64,000 bases of DNA from Chiloscyllium plagiosum (Eukaryota), in NCBI RefSeq assembly GCF_004010195.1, contig NC_057718.1:51231941-51295940 (forward strand), written 5' to 3'. This document shows positions 13,651 through 26,349 of the stretch, piece after piece. Each line of letters begins with the position of its first letter. Positions within the stretch are counted from its first letter, which is position 1. The position numbers and the translations under genes are program-made. The notes beneath the pieces were generated by a model. That model worked only from the letters and a program-made list of their open reading frames with translations. It was not told where the DNA came from and ran no database searches.

Positions 13651-13927
13651 TAGAAAATATACATTTGAAGAACAAAGTTTGCTTTCTTCAAGTAGTTAAT
13701 TGCATTTGGAGTTTCTAAAAATTCAACTTTCTCTCTCATAATCCAAACCTTCTTGCCTCTTCTTTTTTATCTTTCTGTTCTTAATTTGACATTGAATTAT
13801 TCATTCTAATTCACCTTCCTTCCTAGTCACTCTTTTGTTTATTTTTCAATTCTTTTGTCTTTTTGGTGACAGAAATGTACAGTGGGTCTTGTTGTTACCT
13901 CAAGGTCCAGACTGCCCTGTTGCCTTT

Positions 13928-14107
13928 TAGGAGAAAGTGAGGACTGCACATACTGGAGATCAGAGCTGAAAATGTGTGCTGGAATAGCGCAGTAGGTCAG
14001 GCAGCATTCAAGGAGCAGGAGAATCGACGTTTCGGGCATGAGCCCTTCTTCAGGAAGCCCATCTTCCTGCTGCGCTGACCTGCTGCGCTTTTCCAGCAAC
14101 ACATTTT
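13928..14107. mobile_element. Penelope-like fold-back mini-element
   Basis: Inverted arms; 16-bp TSD ctgccct(g/a)ttgccttt at 13912-13927 and 14108-14123. Confidence 0.88.
14021..14056 (-). ncRNA. Minimal hammerhead ribozyme motif, sense to the neurexin pre-mRNA
   Basis: Minus strand ttcCTGAAGAagggctcatgcccGAAACGTCgattc; intact core, short stem I. Confidence 0.6.
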
Positions 14108-14202
14108 CTGCCCTATTGCCTTTGCCTTACTATTACCAGACTATACTTTCAGCAACCCACAGAGCAAAATATTTTTCTGCTGAAGGGTAATTAAGAGTAT
14201 CC

Positions 14203-14510
14203 TAGAATCCCTACAGTGTGGAAACAGGCCCTTTCTCCCAACAAGTCCTCACCGACCCTCCGAAGAATAACCCATCCAGACCCATTCCCGACATCTACCC
14301 CTGACTAATGCACCGAACCTACACAGCCCTGAACACTATGGGCAATTTAGCATGGCCAATTCACCTAAACTGCACATCTTTGGATTGTGGGAGGAAACCG
14401 GAGCACACAGAGGAAACCACGCAGAGAATGTGCAAACTCCGCAGAGACAGTAGCCCAAGACTTGAATTGAACCTGTGTCCCTGGCACTGTAAGGCAGCAG
14501 TGAACCACCG
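14203..14510 (-). mobile_element. HE1 SINE
   Basis: Matches the other HE1 copies in reverse complement. Confidence 0.9.
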
Positions 14511-15993
14511 GGATGAACTAACTGGAAATACCAGCAATTCTGTGCTAGTAATATATAAAACCATTCAAAACTACTCTGAAAGATTCACTCTTGAAGACTG
14601 TACCCCTTGTAACTGATATTTTTTGTCTGTTTAATTTGAAGTAATTTCCACATGATAAAGTCCTTTATCCACAAGGGGTTTACCCTTTCCATTCTTTCAA
14701 TAAAATGACTCACATATTTGGATCAACATAAAGTTTTATTTTATAAACATAAATATATCTGTGTCAATTGTCATTTTTACAACTCTTTTTTAAGGGAATG
14801 AATGTGTCAATAACTTTGTCTACTTTTCTAAACTGCTTTTTATTCACACTTAAAAATGTTGAAAATGTATCTAAGTGACAAGGTAGAAATAATTCAAGAC
14901 TCAGCCAACAACCAAAAAAGAATTGAGGCTTTTTTTTTATATAAAGGGTAGCGAACAAATCATACCATTTGTATATAGCTACAGCAATTCTGTTGCAAAA
15001 AGGAAAACTGTGTTAAATGCAAGTCTCCATCTCAGCTACTTCTCGACTACATTGTTTAAGGATCTCCTGCACAGCATTTAAGTTAGGAACTGATCTATGG
15101 CATAATATAATGAAAGAACACTCCTAAACTGGAAGGAAAGGAAATTGGAGGAATTAGAAAATATTATTCTTTCAAATCAAGTAATAATTGGTTCATAAAC
15201 AACACTGGCATAGAAACTGGATTGAGTCATCTTCCCAAATCTAAAATAATGTGTAATGTGGGGGAAAAAATGATATTGCAAGCTAAGAAGTACAGTTGAT
15301 GTCATTTATATAAAAAAACAAATACACTGCTATAATAGGTGTAGAATTATCTAATGTTTCAGCATTAATTTTCAACCATAACTAGATACTCATTAAAGAC
15401 CTACTGATACTGGTCAACATTTATTTTTAAATTGGAGCAGCAACTACTGAACTTGATGAGTAAAGATTCATTCTGGATTAATTCACCCAGCAGTATTACA
15501 GAATCATTTCCATAGCTCAACATTTTTCTTGCTGACTCAGAGCAGGCTTCATAAAAAGTCAAATTGCATGGACTGCAAGATCAAGAAGATGATAAATGGC
15601 ACTACTTCAATTTACTAAGCAAGTACCAGAAAATGGTGTAGTGGGTATAATTAAGATGAAAGTCCACAAGTACAATTGAAAGGTTTGCAGAGGGTAATAC
15701 TCAACAACAAGAAACTTTACAACATGCATTTAAAAGATCCATTGCCAAATTCACAACTGCTAGAAACCTCTAATGGACATTAATAAGAACAATTGTTGTA
15801 TATTCTACTATCAGAAGAGCATATATTAATGCTCAGTGAAAGGAAAATTTGATATAAATACTGGTACTGCTTTGGAGTGACCAGTACAATTTTGCTCTGA
15901 TTTTCTTTGTTTATTATGTTAAAGATAAAACTAAAACATCAGTGGTAGAGAGTTGAATTTTATCATTCATTTCGATTACTTTAAGTGTAGATG

Positions 15994-16330
15994 AGATTAG
16001 ATTAGATTAAATTCCCTACAGTATGGAAACAGGCCCTTCAGCCCAAAAAGCCCACACTGACCCTCTAAAGAGTAACCCACCCAGACCCATTCCCCTATCC
16101 TATGTTTAACCTGACTAATGCACCTAACACTATGCAGTTTAGCATGCCCAATTCATCTGACCAGTACATCTTTGGATTGTGAAAGGAAACCAGAGTACCT
16201 GGAGAAAACCCAAACAAACACAAGGAGAATGTGCAAATTCCACACAGACGGTCACCCAAGGCTGGAATCAAACCCAGGCCCCTGGTGCTGTGAGGCAACT
16301 GTGCTAACCATTGAGCCACCATGCCATCCC
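15994..16330 (-). mobile_element. HE1 SINE, full length
   Basis: (attag)n tail, V-domain, A and B boxes. Confidence 0.9.
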
Positions 16331-19300
16331 AATTTTACTTTATATCCACTGATCTCAGCAATACAAGAAAAAAAAATACATACATTGCCTATTTTAAAGA
16401 TCAGCATTTCTGATCTTCACGGTTAGCACTGTATCAATTACTGGAAGGATAATGCAGATATTATGAATGCACAAATTGTAAGTAATAAACATAGAGATAT
16501 TGTTTAAAATATTGGATTTCTTTGTAATTGAATCATTGTAAATAATCTTTGATCACTTCTTGATATTTTGGTTCCTCATCTCTTTCCATTCAGACTATAT
16601 TAATCCATTTCTTTAACACTGAAACTATATCAAACTAGAATTGATATATTGGCAATGTTTTATTGGATAATCAAATTTGAAATCAATACTGCATTGTCGA
16701 GTAGAACTTTATGGCTTTTCTTCTAATGTGTTTGGAAGAGGAGAGACATTCAATTAAGCTGGATGGTGACATGTCTAAACTCCATCACCATCCCAGCAGA
16801 ATTGTTGGGGGTGTGAAAGTTCATGGCCAGACATCCCAGTCCACTTCAAGTCGAAGCCTTTAACTGGCTAATTACTGATCACTGAAAAGCACCATCCCAC
16901 TGCCACTGATATAACCTAGTAGTAAGTGGGTGCGTCATCATAATAATGATACATGAATAGCCTGCCTATCATCTCTTGTGAATGTGGAGCTCCTTGTTCA
17001 ATGGCAGATGTCATGACATCAGGAAGGCCTAGCCACTGAAAGCTAACCCCCACCATTGCTGCCTGTGACCTCTGTGATTCCCCACCTGATGATACCCTTC
17101 CCAACATTACCTACCTGTGGCCTGGGTCACTCCTCAGTTCTGGGCCTCTTATAAGTGCTGTTCTAGCTGAAGCCACAGCTTTCTCAGTTGCACTGATGTT
17201 TAAAGTTGAACAGTTAGAAATGTTGCTGACTCCTGATTCACCAGTTGCTCCAGGTAAATGGGCTTTCCTGACTCAAGGGTCTTGATCACAGCAAAGACCT
17301 GCAGATGGCCAATTAACTGCCTGAGTGGCACATAAAATTCCCCTGAGGGTCAACTGGGGTCTCTCGTCAGCTCTTTAGTCAGCAGGAAAGACCCCTGGTG
17401 CCTTGATAAAATCTAAACCATTGAAACTAAATTTTAAATTCATGGAATACCAGACCGGCATTGATGACATTCTCAGATCCAACAACATTAAGTAAACACG
17501 TTGTGTCGTAGTTACATAGTCACTGTTCTTTTGCTTATATCTTAACTTTAGTTTCAGTTTTATCTTAATAATGAATGACATGAAATAACAAAGCAGTTAT
17601 TTTAAGGAACCTTTCACTTAGTTAAAAGACTGAACTGAATTGTTTTTATCTCCACATTCATCAATCCTACAATAATGAATGATTCTAGCACAATCAATCG
17701 TGACAGGTACTTAATTGCAAGAACTTTCTGGATAGTTTGACATATTTGTATCGCTGAAAAGGCATTTCCTCAAAGGAATTAAAAAGAGAGTGAACCAATT
17801 AAACACTTTTAGTTTAAAGTAGGAGTCAAGTTTTGATTTTAGCAGCTATGCCTAAAATGTCCTTTATTATTTTTCCTCTGGGAAAGAATGAAACAAATTT
17901 GGAAAACAAAGACCTTTGAAATGGATCTTTTAAAAATCATTACTCACTTCAAATTCTTCAAAACAAACTGGATAGCAGAAAACCATATTAAATGGACATT
18001 TTATTTAAACTTCTAGGGGACAATTTTTAGAAGAGATTAAGTTTGAAATGAACATACTTTAGCTTGGATGCATAGCAGGACAGAATTGTCACTATGGTTG
18101 CAATCAGGAGATTGAGTCCAAATTGTCCCTGAAATTGGGCCGGTCAGGTTAGTTTAAGTTTCCACTCAAATGGATTTGTGTAGCCTCAAATATAAAATTC
18201 CATAAACCATCACAACTAGTCACTACAATGCCACACAATCTTTCTCTTTACTCAAAAAAAAAATGACATATTTCAAAGCAGTTATTAATAATACTGAAAG
18301 TGGATTATCACAAAAAAACACTTATTAAGAATATCTAGTCCTTTGCCTAACAGTACCATGATTTTCAGCTACTAAAAAAGGAAAAGAAAACTGAAGCATT
18401 TGCGAGTTTCATTGGTGTGCAACAGTCAATTTCTTTGCAAATTCAACAGTGTTTTAATATGTAAAGGCTTTCAACACAAGCTAACTAATCTCAAGGCACA
18501 TGCAACTTATGCTCTGCTCAAACAGGCACAAGGGACATAAACTCACTGTCCTCTGTATTTCAGTCTGGGACCACATCCAATTATGTGAATCAGGCTGGCT
18601 TTGAACCAAAGGTTTCTCCAAACAGCGCTTAAGATTGCGGAACCTTAATTTGCACTTGATGTAACTTGCACTAAGAGTTTCTACTATCTTTGGCATTGGT
18701 TTAGCTGATTTTATCCAGATTGTGCTGAAAAAACTAGCGGAAACTCTAAGCCCAGGTGTTTTGCAGAGACACGAGCAATTAAAGAACAGGAAAACAGCAC
18801 TTGGAATGCTCACATGAATTGTTCCATGGAGAGAAACTGAAGCAAAACCAAACAACATTACTCTCCCATGATAATGCTACAAGGGAGTTAGTGCTGCATG
18901 AATGAGGCAGGTTGCAGACAGAGACACAAATATATGCAATTAAGTAGCATAGCAACAACTTAAGTGATTGTTGTACTGTTAGACCATTAAGCAGGATACA
19001 AGTCTTGTGAGGACAAGAGTGTAAATAACTCCAGGCAGGGTCACCACCAATAACCTCCAGCAATTTGACCAGAGCACTGATAGAATAGACCAGTACCAGA
19101 AAATAAAAATTACAACAAAACACAGAATTGATCTATGATCAGAGGACTGAGAAAAACATTGTGTACTTAAACTGTTTAAACATATGTAGAACTTTACATC
19201 CACTACCAAAAGTTGATTTTCCTTGGTATTGCAATATAAATAAAACACAACTATGTAGGAATTTTATCAATCACAACTGCAAATTACGAGTTGTTTGAAG

Positions 19301-21124
19301 CATACAAAATAGTTTTCTCTCATAATGAGTGAAACCAATACCATTTTAAGGTGGTCAGTAATTTGCGAGAGACTTACACAACATTGAAAAGACCAAAGTG
19401 AAACAAAACCTTTCCCCTTTAGTGTCCTCAGCTGTCCATTTCCTAGCTTAACTCAAATTTTCATTTGATTTTGAGATTTTATCAAACACCAGTGCCAGGG
19501 ATGGATAGCATTTAACAGCCACTGTTTATCAAGTTCTCCAAATCCAGGCAGAGCATTACCAAATTCAGAACAACATCTACCATTGTGACAAAGAATGTCC
19601 TTTCACTCAATATTAAAGATTACCATCTGCTGCAAGTTTTAGGTAACCTTTCTGAATTAATGCCAAATCACAGCCAATATCATGATTTGTACCTGCACCC
19701 ACTAGAAAATACTTAGAGCCAATTCTAAAATTACTTTACAAAGAATGATAATAGCTATGAAGAAGAACATTTCAGTCCAGCTTTTCGAGCTGATTCAGTT
19801 TTTTTTTAGCTTAATGCATAACTTAGTGCCAGTGCGATATTTTTCTTAACAAAGTTGCAAACACTCCAAAATGATCAATTCTGAAAGGAAATGAGCATTA
19901 AACATCTGTTCAGAGGAGTTATGCATTCCTGGATAAAAAACACGTTTCTTGCATCAGACAGTGCATTATCAGTTGACAAAAATAATAAAACTGCATTAAT
20001 CAAAATCACAATGGAAAAAACATTAAACAACTTCGCAGTAAATCATCTTATAAAATAGAGTCTATCGACTGTATTTTATTTCAGTTTCCAGTTCTACACA
20101 TCACTGTAACAAAAATAACAAATAATGCACATTGCCAGTTAACCAGGTTCCTGTCCACCATTCACTAATATAATTACTTATTAATGTACAATTCACTGTC
20201 AAATATAGCCCTTTATTGAGATCTACATTCCTTCACATGAGGTTGATATACTATGTGAAAATCATGATGCAATTATCTTATAGTGTGTGATCCAGTGATT
20301 TTTTTTTCTGAACAAGTCCTGTTCATTTAGTTTTAATTACAGTATTGATTGTCATTGTAGTTCCTTTTAAATGTTGTTCATCTTCAGTATTTCCAAAATG
20401 CAATAATAAACACATTGGTAACTCTGTTTTGCTGTGTGTCATTTCCTGATTGTTACCATGGAAGTATACCTTTCATGATCAAATTTCTTGTGATAGAGAG
20501 TATGTGAGTGTGGATACCTTAAAGTCTGAGGAATGACCAATTGTGTCCATGCTATTTGCTTCGACTGAAGTGGCTATAAGATATTTGAGGAAGTTCTTGT
20601 GTTAATGTTTTAAAAAATAGTGGAACTGAATTCCAGAAATCCTGTGTCACTAAATGTACTTTATAAGTCAAATTTTTGCAAATGTATTTATGGGAATTGC
20701 ATAGTGCAGCTTATTTCTTATGCTTTTTTTATGGATGAAAAGTGTATTATTGTGACAAATTCAATATCCATTACAAACAGACAATTTTAAAACAATGTTA
20801 TTCAAATCAAAACAAAGGATGGTAATTAAATGGAGGCAACTGGAATCTTGTCTATTTGTTGGAGAGCCAAAAAACATTCTGCTGCCACTTCTCAGGCAGG
20901 TCGGCTCAATGAAGGGCCGTTCAGGCATTTAAATGCATACGGATGAACCTTCCTCAATGTAAAGCTTTTTTTAGGTAAAAGGCATTTCTGGATGACAAGA
21001 GCTGCCAGCTAATCATAGACTGACAGCTCCATTATATGGCAGTGCTATGAGGGAGGCAGTAGATACTGTGAGGACAACATCAATTTGAGGTTCAAGGCAA
21101 TCATGGGATCCCAGGCTGCAGATA

Positions 21125-21470
21125 AGTTTTTATTTATTCATTCACAGGATTATAGAGTCTCCAGCTAGGCTCACATTTATTACCCATTCCTAATGGTTAA
21201 GAGTCAACCACACTGCTGTGGGTCTGGAGTCATGTGTAGGCCAGACCAGTAAGGATGGCACTTTCCTTCCCTAAATGACATTAGTGTACCAGATGAATTT
21301 TTTTGACAGTCAACAATGGATTCATGGTCATCACTAGTCTCTTAATTCCAGATTTATTTTTAATTGAATTCAAATTCCACCATCTGCTGTGGTGGGATTC
21401 AAACCTGAATACCCTGAACATGATGTGGTTCTCTGGATTAACAGTCCAGTTATAATACCACTGGGCCATC
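21125..21470 (-). mobile_element. tRNA-derived SINE, second family
   Basis: Minus strand tggcccagtggt A-box, ggtttgaatccc B-box, tail gggtaataaatg...; homologous to 59622-59935 and 63545-63750. Confidence 0.75.
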
Positions 21471-22014
21471 AACTTCCCCATGCCCTTGGTGGGAAAGGGA
21501 TTGGCAGCACAGGCAGAGGGCAGATCTCATTCCCAATAATCCCAGCTCCATTATTCTCAATACCAGGTCTCTCAACTTGGCACAGTGCTTTAAAATAATG
21601 GACACTCCCATACTCCACCAAGCAATCTTCACCATTTTGCGTGCTGTGTTCACACATGTTGATCATTATCCTTCCACTTACCACCAGTGGCTGCAGAACG
21701 TGGCAATTAAGTGGGTATTAGTTGCTCATGTAACATCCTCAATTGGCTAAAAGTGGGAAGCAGGTTCATGGACTTTCATTACCAATGTTTAGTCAATGTG
21801 GAGGCAGCGAGCACCCATACCTCACCATCCTGCCTGATTTAATGTCCCTCCATTCCCCAAATCATCTCATAGGACAGCATTGAATTATACCCAAAGAATT
21901 TCCAATTAGGGTGAGGAAGTAAGGATGTAGAGCTTGGGAAATATCTGAAATTAATTACCCTTGCATCATTTTACATTTTATTGGCTATTTCATTTTACCT
22001 GGTTAATCTCTTTT

Positions 22015-22208
22015 AGGAGAAAGTGAGGACTGCAGATGCTGGAGATCAGAGCTGAAATGTGTTGCTGGAAAAACACAGCAGGTCAGGTAGCATCCAAGGA
22101 GCAGAAGAATCAACGTTTTGGGCATGGCGTATGCCCGAAACGTCGATACTCCTGCTCCTTGGATGCTGCCTGACGTGCTGTGCTTTTCCAGCAACACATT
22201 TTCAGCTC
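22015..22208. mobile_element. Penelope-like fold-back mini-element
   Basis: Near-perfect palindrome centred at about 22128; TSD tacctggttaat(c/t)tc at 21996-22010 and 22210-22224. Confidence 0.88.
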
Positions 22209-23184
22209 GTACCTGGTTAATTTCCCTTGTTTAATTCATGTGATTTAAATTTTCATAATCATTTTCCAAGGGCAGACATCCAGCATGTCCATTAAAACTG
22301 GTTTGTTATTGACAAACTGAGTGATTTACTGAGTGTTGCCAAAGGCATTTTCCTGGCAACTGCAAAATTTGCAATCTCCAGAGTTTCAAACCTCAATTGA
22401 GAAAGAGAAAGGTTATTGATAAGCTGCAAATATTCATGACGATTTGTTCAACCCACTATCAGAACTAGCTGTTACATATTCATTAAGCTTTCAATCTTAA
22501 GAATTTTGGAGAAAATAATTAATTCCTTTGTAGTCTGCTGTTTTTTGTCAGAGAATCAAATAGGTTGATTTTAAAAAAGCTAGTCAACAAATGAATTGTT
22601 CCACTGCAGCGTTGTGTAACCAAACCTCAGGTGTATCCAAACTAATGTGAAAATGAGAGAATAATCCGTCTTAATTTTGTTATATCATTCAATGATATTG
22701 TGATTCTTTAGGCTGTTTTTACAAAGCCCTTTTGTGTCATAGCTTCAGCCTCTTTGTAGAATGTCAATGTTGCTTGCTTCAGATATATAGATATCACAAA
22801 GCAGGTGACAACCCTTAAATAAAACTGCTAGATTCACTAAGATGGTTGCTGAGAAGACTGACGTTTGACTGACGTTAAGTTTTAATGAACTGGCAGGATT
22901 CCTTTCAGATTGCTATGCTTCAGATGTAAACAATTCCAGAATTGCACAAAACTAATACAAAAACAGCTGCAGAAGACTTTCATGATGCATGAGAGCCTCT
23001 CCAGGAGGTACTCTTGCACTGTTTTGAGTACCCAGCACTACAATATAAATCCAAGCTGACATTCTGCACACAGTAAAACTTGTTAACCTTGACTAGATAA
23101 CATGTTGCTTGTTAAGAAGAAAATTCATTTTGTCTGGATGTTTTGTGTGAGCAAACCATTTATCATCTGTATTTGATTACTTAC

Positions 23185-23366
23185 AATGTGAAGCTGTAGG
23201 TAGTCTCCAAGCCCAGCAGAACTATCTACACGCACCAAAATGGCATCTTTTACATGCGTGTCAAATCCCACTGCCAGTCTGTCTGCTCGGGTGCTTGGTC
23301 TGTCATTGGGAGGCCATGTATAAGTGATTAGTCCACCACCTCGGCTAAAGATGTATGTTGTGCCAG
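23185..23366 (-). CDS. nrxn2: Neurexin internal coding exon (first exon shared by alpha and beta isoforms, start of LNS6), most like neurexin-2
   Basis: Acceptor ttttcttttctcag and donor gtaagt; 182 bp, phase 1 to 0; encodes (x)[60 protein letters not shown]. Neurexin identity is clear. Paralogue call (about 0.7) rests on LITYT, LAVGF, TH and DYLQ versus NRXN1, and TTYIF, PPND and DYL versus NRXN3. Confidence 0.95.
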
Positions 23367-25884
23367 CTGAGAAAAGAAAATATGTGGTTTCAAAAGATTG
23401 CCTTTTAAATATACAGTCTTCAATGAATTACAATTATCTGTCCAAATGCATACCTGAAAATAATTTATATGGTAAATATGTATATTATTTGCATTATAAC
23501 ACATTTTTATGATCTGAAATACATAAAATATATAAACTGCTCTAGATAGCAACACTTTTTAAAAGTGTTACCATTGACACACTGAAGATAGCCCTTTTAT
23601 AAACCTTACACCAGTATTATGTAAACTCGACTTAGTACATACGTTATAAATAACTATCATGGATTCCAGGTGACGCTAATAGACTTAGTGAAGTCATGAA
23701 CCACTTGGATATATTACTCATTACTCACTGCCAATCATCTATTAAAAAGAAATCCAATTCCTGCATGGTGTTCGTAAGTCACCTCAGGCAGGGATGCCTA
23801 ATGCACTATGAATGCCACTGGCAGAGTGGTTTTGTGCGCTGTGAGCCTAGGAACACTAAGCAACATAAACACAATAGATACAAATATCTCATCATGTATC
23901 AGATTTATAAATCAGGTAGAAATGAAGATACTCCTGTGGTGTCACACAGTGATTCAAATTGGCTTATCATCCCCTACTGATTTATGATCAGCATAGTACA
24001 TCAGCAAATAAATGTTGACTCCCTCCTGCATTTGTTGAGATCTCAGCCCAAACTTTAGGCAGTGAGAGGTCATTCTTGTAGCTAATTTATTCTTCTGAAA
24101 CCCACTTCCTCTTTGAAGCTAACTGCGAAACCCCGGAGTACGGGTGAAAGAGGACAGAAGGAGGCAGTCAGTCTAGTCAGGAAGGAGATTATTTAACTGT
24201 GTCATTGAGACTGGTGGACAGGAATGAGAATTGGATCAGGAGTTAGGATCCAATGGAATGATCCCTGACAGAAAGTAAGTGATCAAGGTTGGAATGTAGT
24301 TGTCTTGTTGATGCCAGTCAAGACAGTAACAGACAGAGACGAGGAGGTAGAGGTAGCCAAGGGAGCATCTTACTCCTCCTGAACCTCAAGTGAGCCGCAT
24401 AAAGGGGTCGATCCAGAAACACCAGGGTTTCTCCTGGCTACCAAGCAGCTCACTCCATGGTTTAGCTGTCATGGTGACTTTTCCGTGGGCCTGCAAAATT
24501 CTGAAATTTAACATGCAGTTGCAATCCTGACTATATCATCAGGCTGAAACTATTCAATTTAAATTGAAGCCCCTTCAGCAGGAGTTTCTAACTGGCTTCA
24601 ACATCAGAAAAGATGAAATGTCACTGGGTGAAGATGGTGCAGCCTATGGGCAGAAAACAAACTCAGGCAATTTTAATCCACCCATGCACTGCATCCACTG
24701 GGTGAAATGTAAATTTGATTTTGATTGATTGTTCTTGTTTCTGGCCACTTCTCATGTGTTAAACCTAGTTTTGTAGTTATGGCAACAATATGCTCTTTCA
24801 ACTTCTTTTCTCTGGATTATGGAAGACAGTTTCAAGGATCTGATGTGACTGTAAAGAATTCATTAAAATTCATTTTGTACTGTTTACATGAGATCTCCTT
24901 CCACAAGATCATTGTCACCAAATGGTGCCACATGCACATCATGCAGCCTCATCACTGGACCCATGGGCATGGAAGGGAGTTTGGTACGAAAGTGGGATGC
25001 TGAGACGATGTTTAATGGCCATGTTAATGTAAGGGTAAATGATGATCACTGTTTTAAAATTCCACAAGACTGAAATCTATGTCATACTGGTGAACTATTT
25101 AATTGCAGGTTTATTTTTGTGTCATGAAACTGTAAAGTAAACTGCAACAGTGATTTGAAAATTATGTTCCTTCCCCAGTATTTTCCAAATATTTTCATCC
25201 AATTTGTTGTTCCATATTCTACAGTCTCTCCTGAACTGAGAAAGCAAGCAGACAGACAATCTGGTACTTTCAGCCAGCTGCTTGAATGTGCGTGAGACAG
25301 GGATGTGATCATTCACCCTCCTATTTTTCTTTATCCCTCAAGGGAACTGCTTTGCATGGTTCAGCATCTCCCCAGTGTTTTTCATTTGGATGTGGCCAAT
25401 AACAGAAAAGAATCCATATCTTACCACTCTTTAATTCAATACAATGGTGCACGCAAGCAGTCCATCAAACCCAATGATTAAAATATAAAAGAAAACAATT
25501 AGAAAACAATTTCATTGGTCCTTTATTAACTTAGTTATTTTTGTCTATATTTAATGGGTTTTTTTTAAAATATCATTTTTATACATTGTTCTTTAGATAT
25601 CTTTGAGAAGTATTCATTATTTTTTGCAATCTAAAGTTGTGTTATATCTTGTTTTGTAACAAACACAGACTTTCCTAGCACATTGCTGTGACTCTAACCT
25701 TGTGGCTCAACGCACTAAAGAGAATCAATGTGAATGAGCTGTTTATATCTCTTTCATGATACTGGTGAAGAGCCATCAAAAGCTAAGCTCCAGTTATTAA
25801 ATGGAAGCAGAGTTTGACAATACCTTTTATCAAACACCAAGGCAAAAATAGGACATAAAATGCTTAGAATGAATAGGTCACTGA

Positions 25885-26240
25885 ATATTTGGCAGGTGCA
25901 GTGAGTTGGATACATGCCTTTCACCTCCAGGATCTTTCAAATCTAGCCAAGACTGAGTGGTTGATAGCGTATTATTTTTCTGGCTTGAACTGTTCTAAAT
26001 GAAGTGTCTTCTTAGTCCAGATCTTACAAGGCACACATCTACAATATGCAAGTACTCCTAATTCAACACCAATTGGCACTAATTGATAATCTAACTCAGA
26101 GAAGCAAAAACATGATTGTGGTGGAAAACGAAAGGTTCAGAGTTGAGTTGGCAGCTTACTGTTAGAATAAAAGGAGCTTTATGTTGCATATACTTGAAGG
26201 AATGTTTCCTGTAAATACTTAACTGCTACAACTGGGAGGG
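25885..26240 (+). mobile_element. LF-SINE-like ancient SINE
   Basis: Colinear blocks gcctttcacctc..ttcaaatctagcc, aaatga...agtccag, caccaattggcactaattg, cagagaagc and ggttcagagttgag match the recalled LF-SINE consensus. Confidence 0.65.
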
Positions 26241-26349
26241 GGATGGTGACGGGGAGTATTTTAAACATCAATGATGAGTGAATTGATGTCAGATGGGAGT
26301 TAAAGAAAATCTCATACCTGACACCATGTCTCTTTCAACACACATTTAT

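Noticed and set aside
16695..16705. ttgtcgagtag resembling the end of the neurexin SS4 exon (LLDK)
   Set aside because: Only about 11 nt match; flanks do not encode the rest and splice sites are absent
18481..19248. Overlapping minus-strand ORFs of 89-125 aa
   Set aside because: No recognisable domain or convincing splice structure; compatible with chance
24880..25070. Coding-looking stretch as an alternative neurexin exon
   Set aside because: Weak polypyrimidine tract, stop codons in the minus-strand frames, and no similarity to neurexin or any protein I recognise
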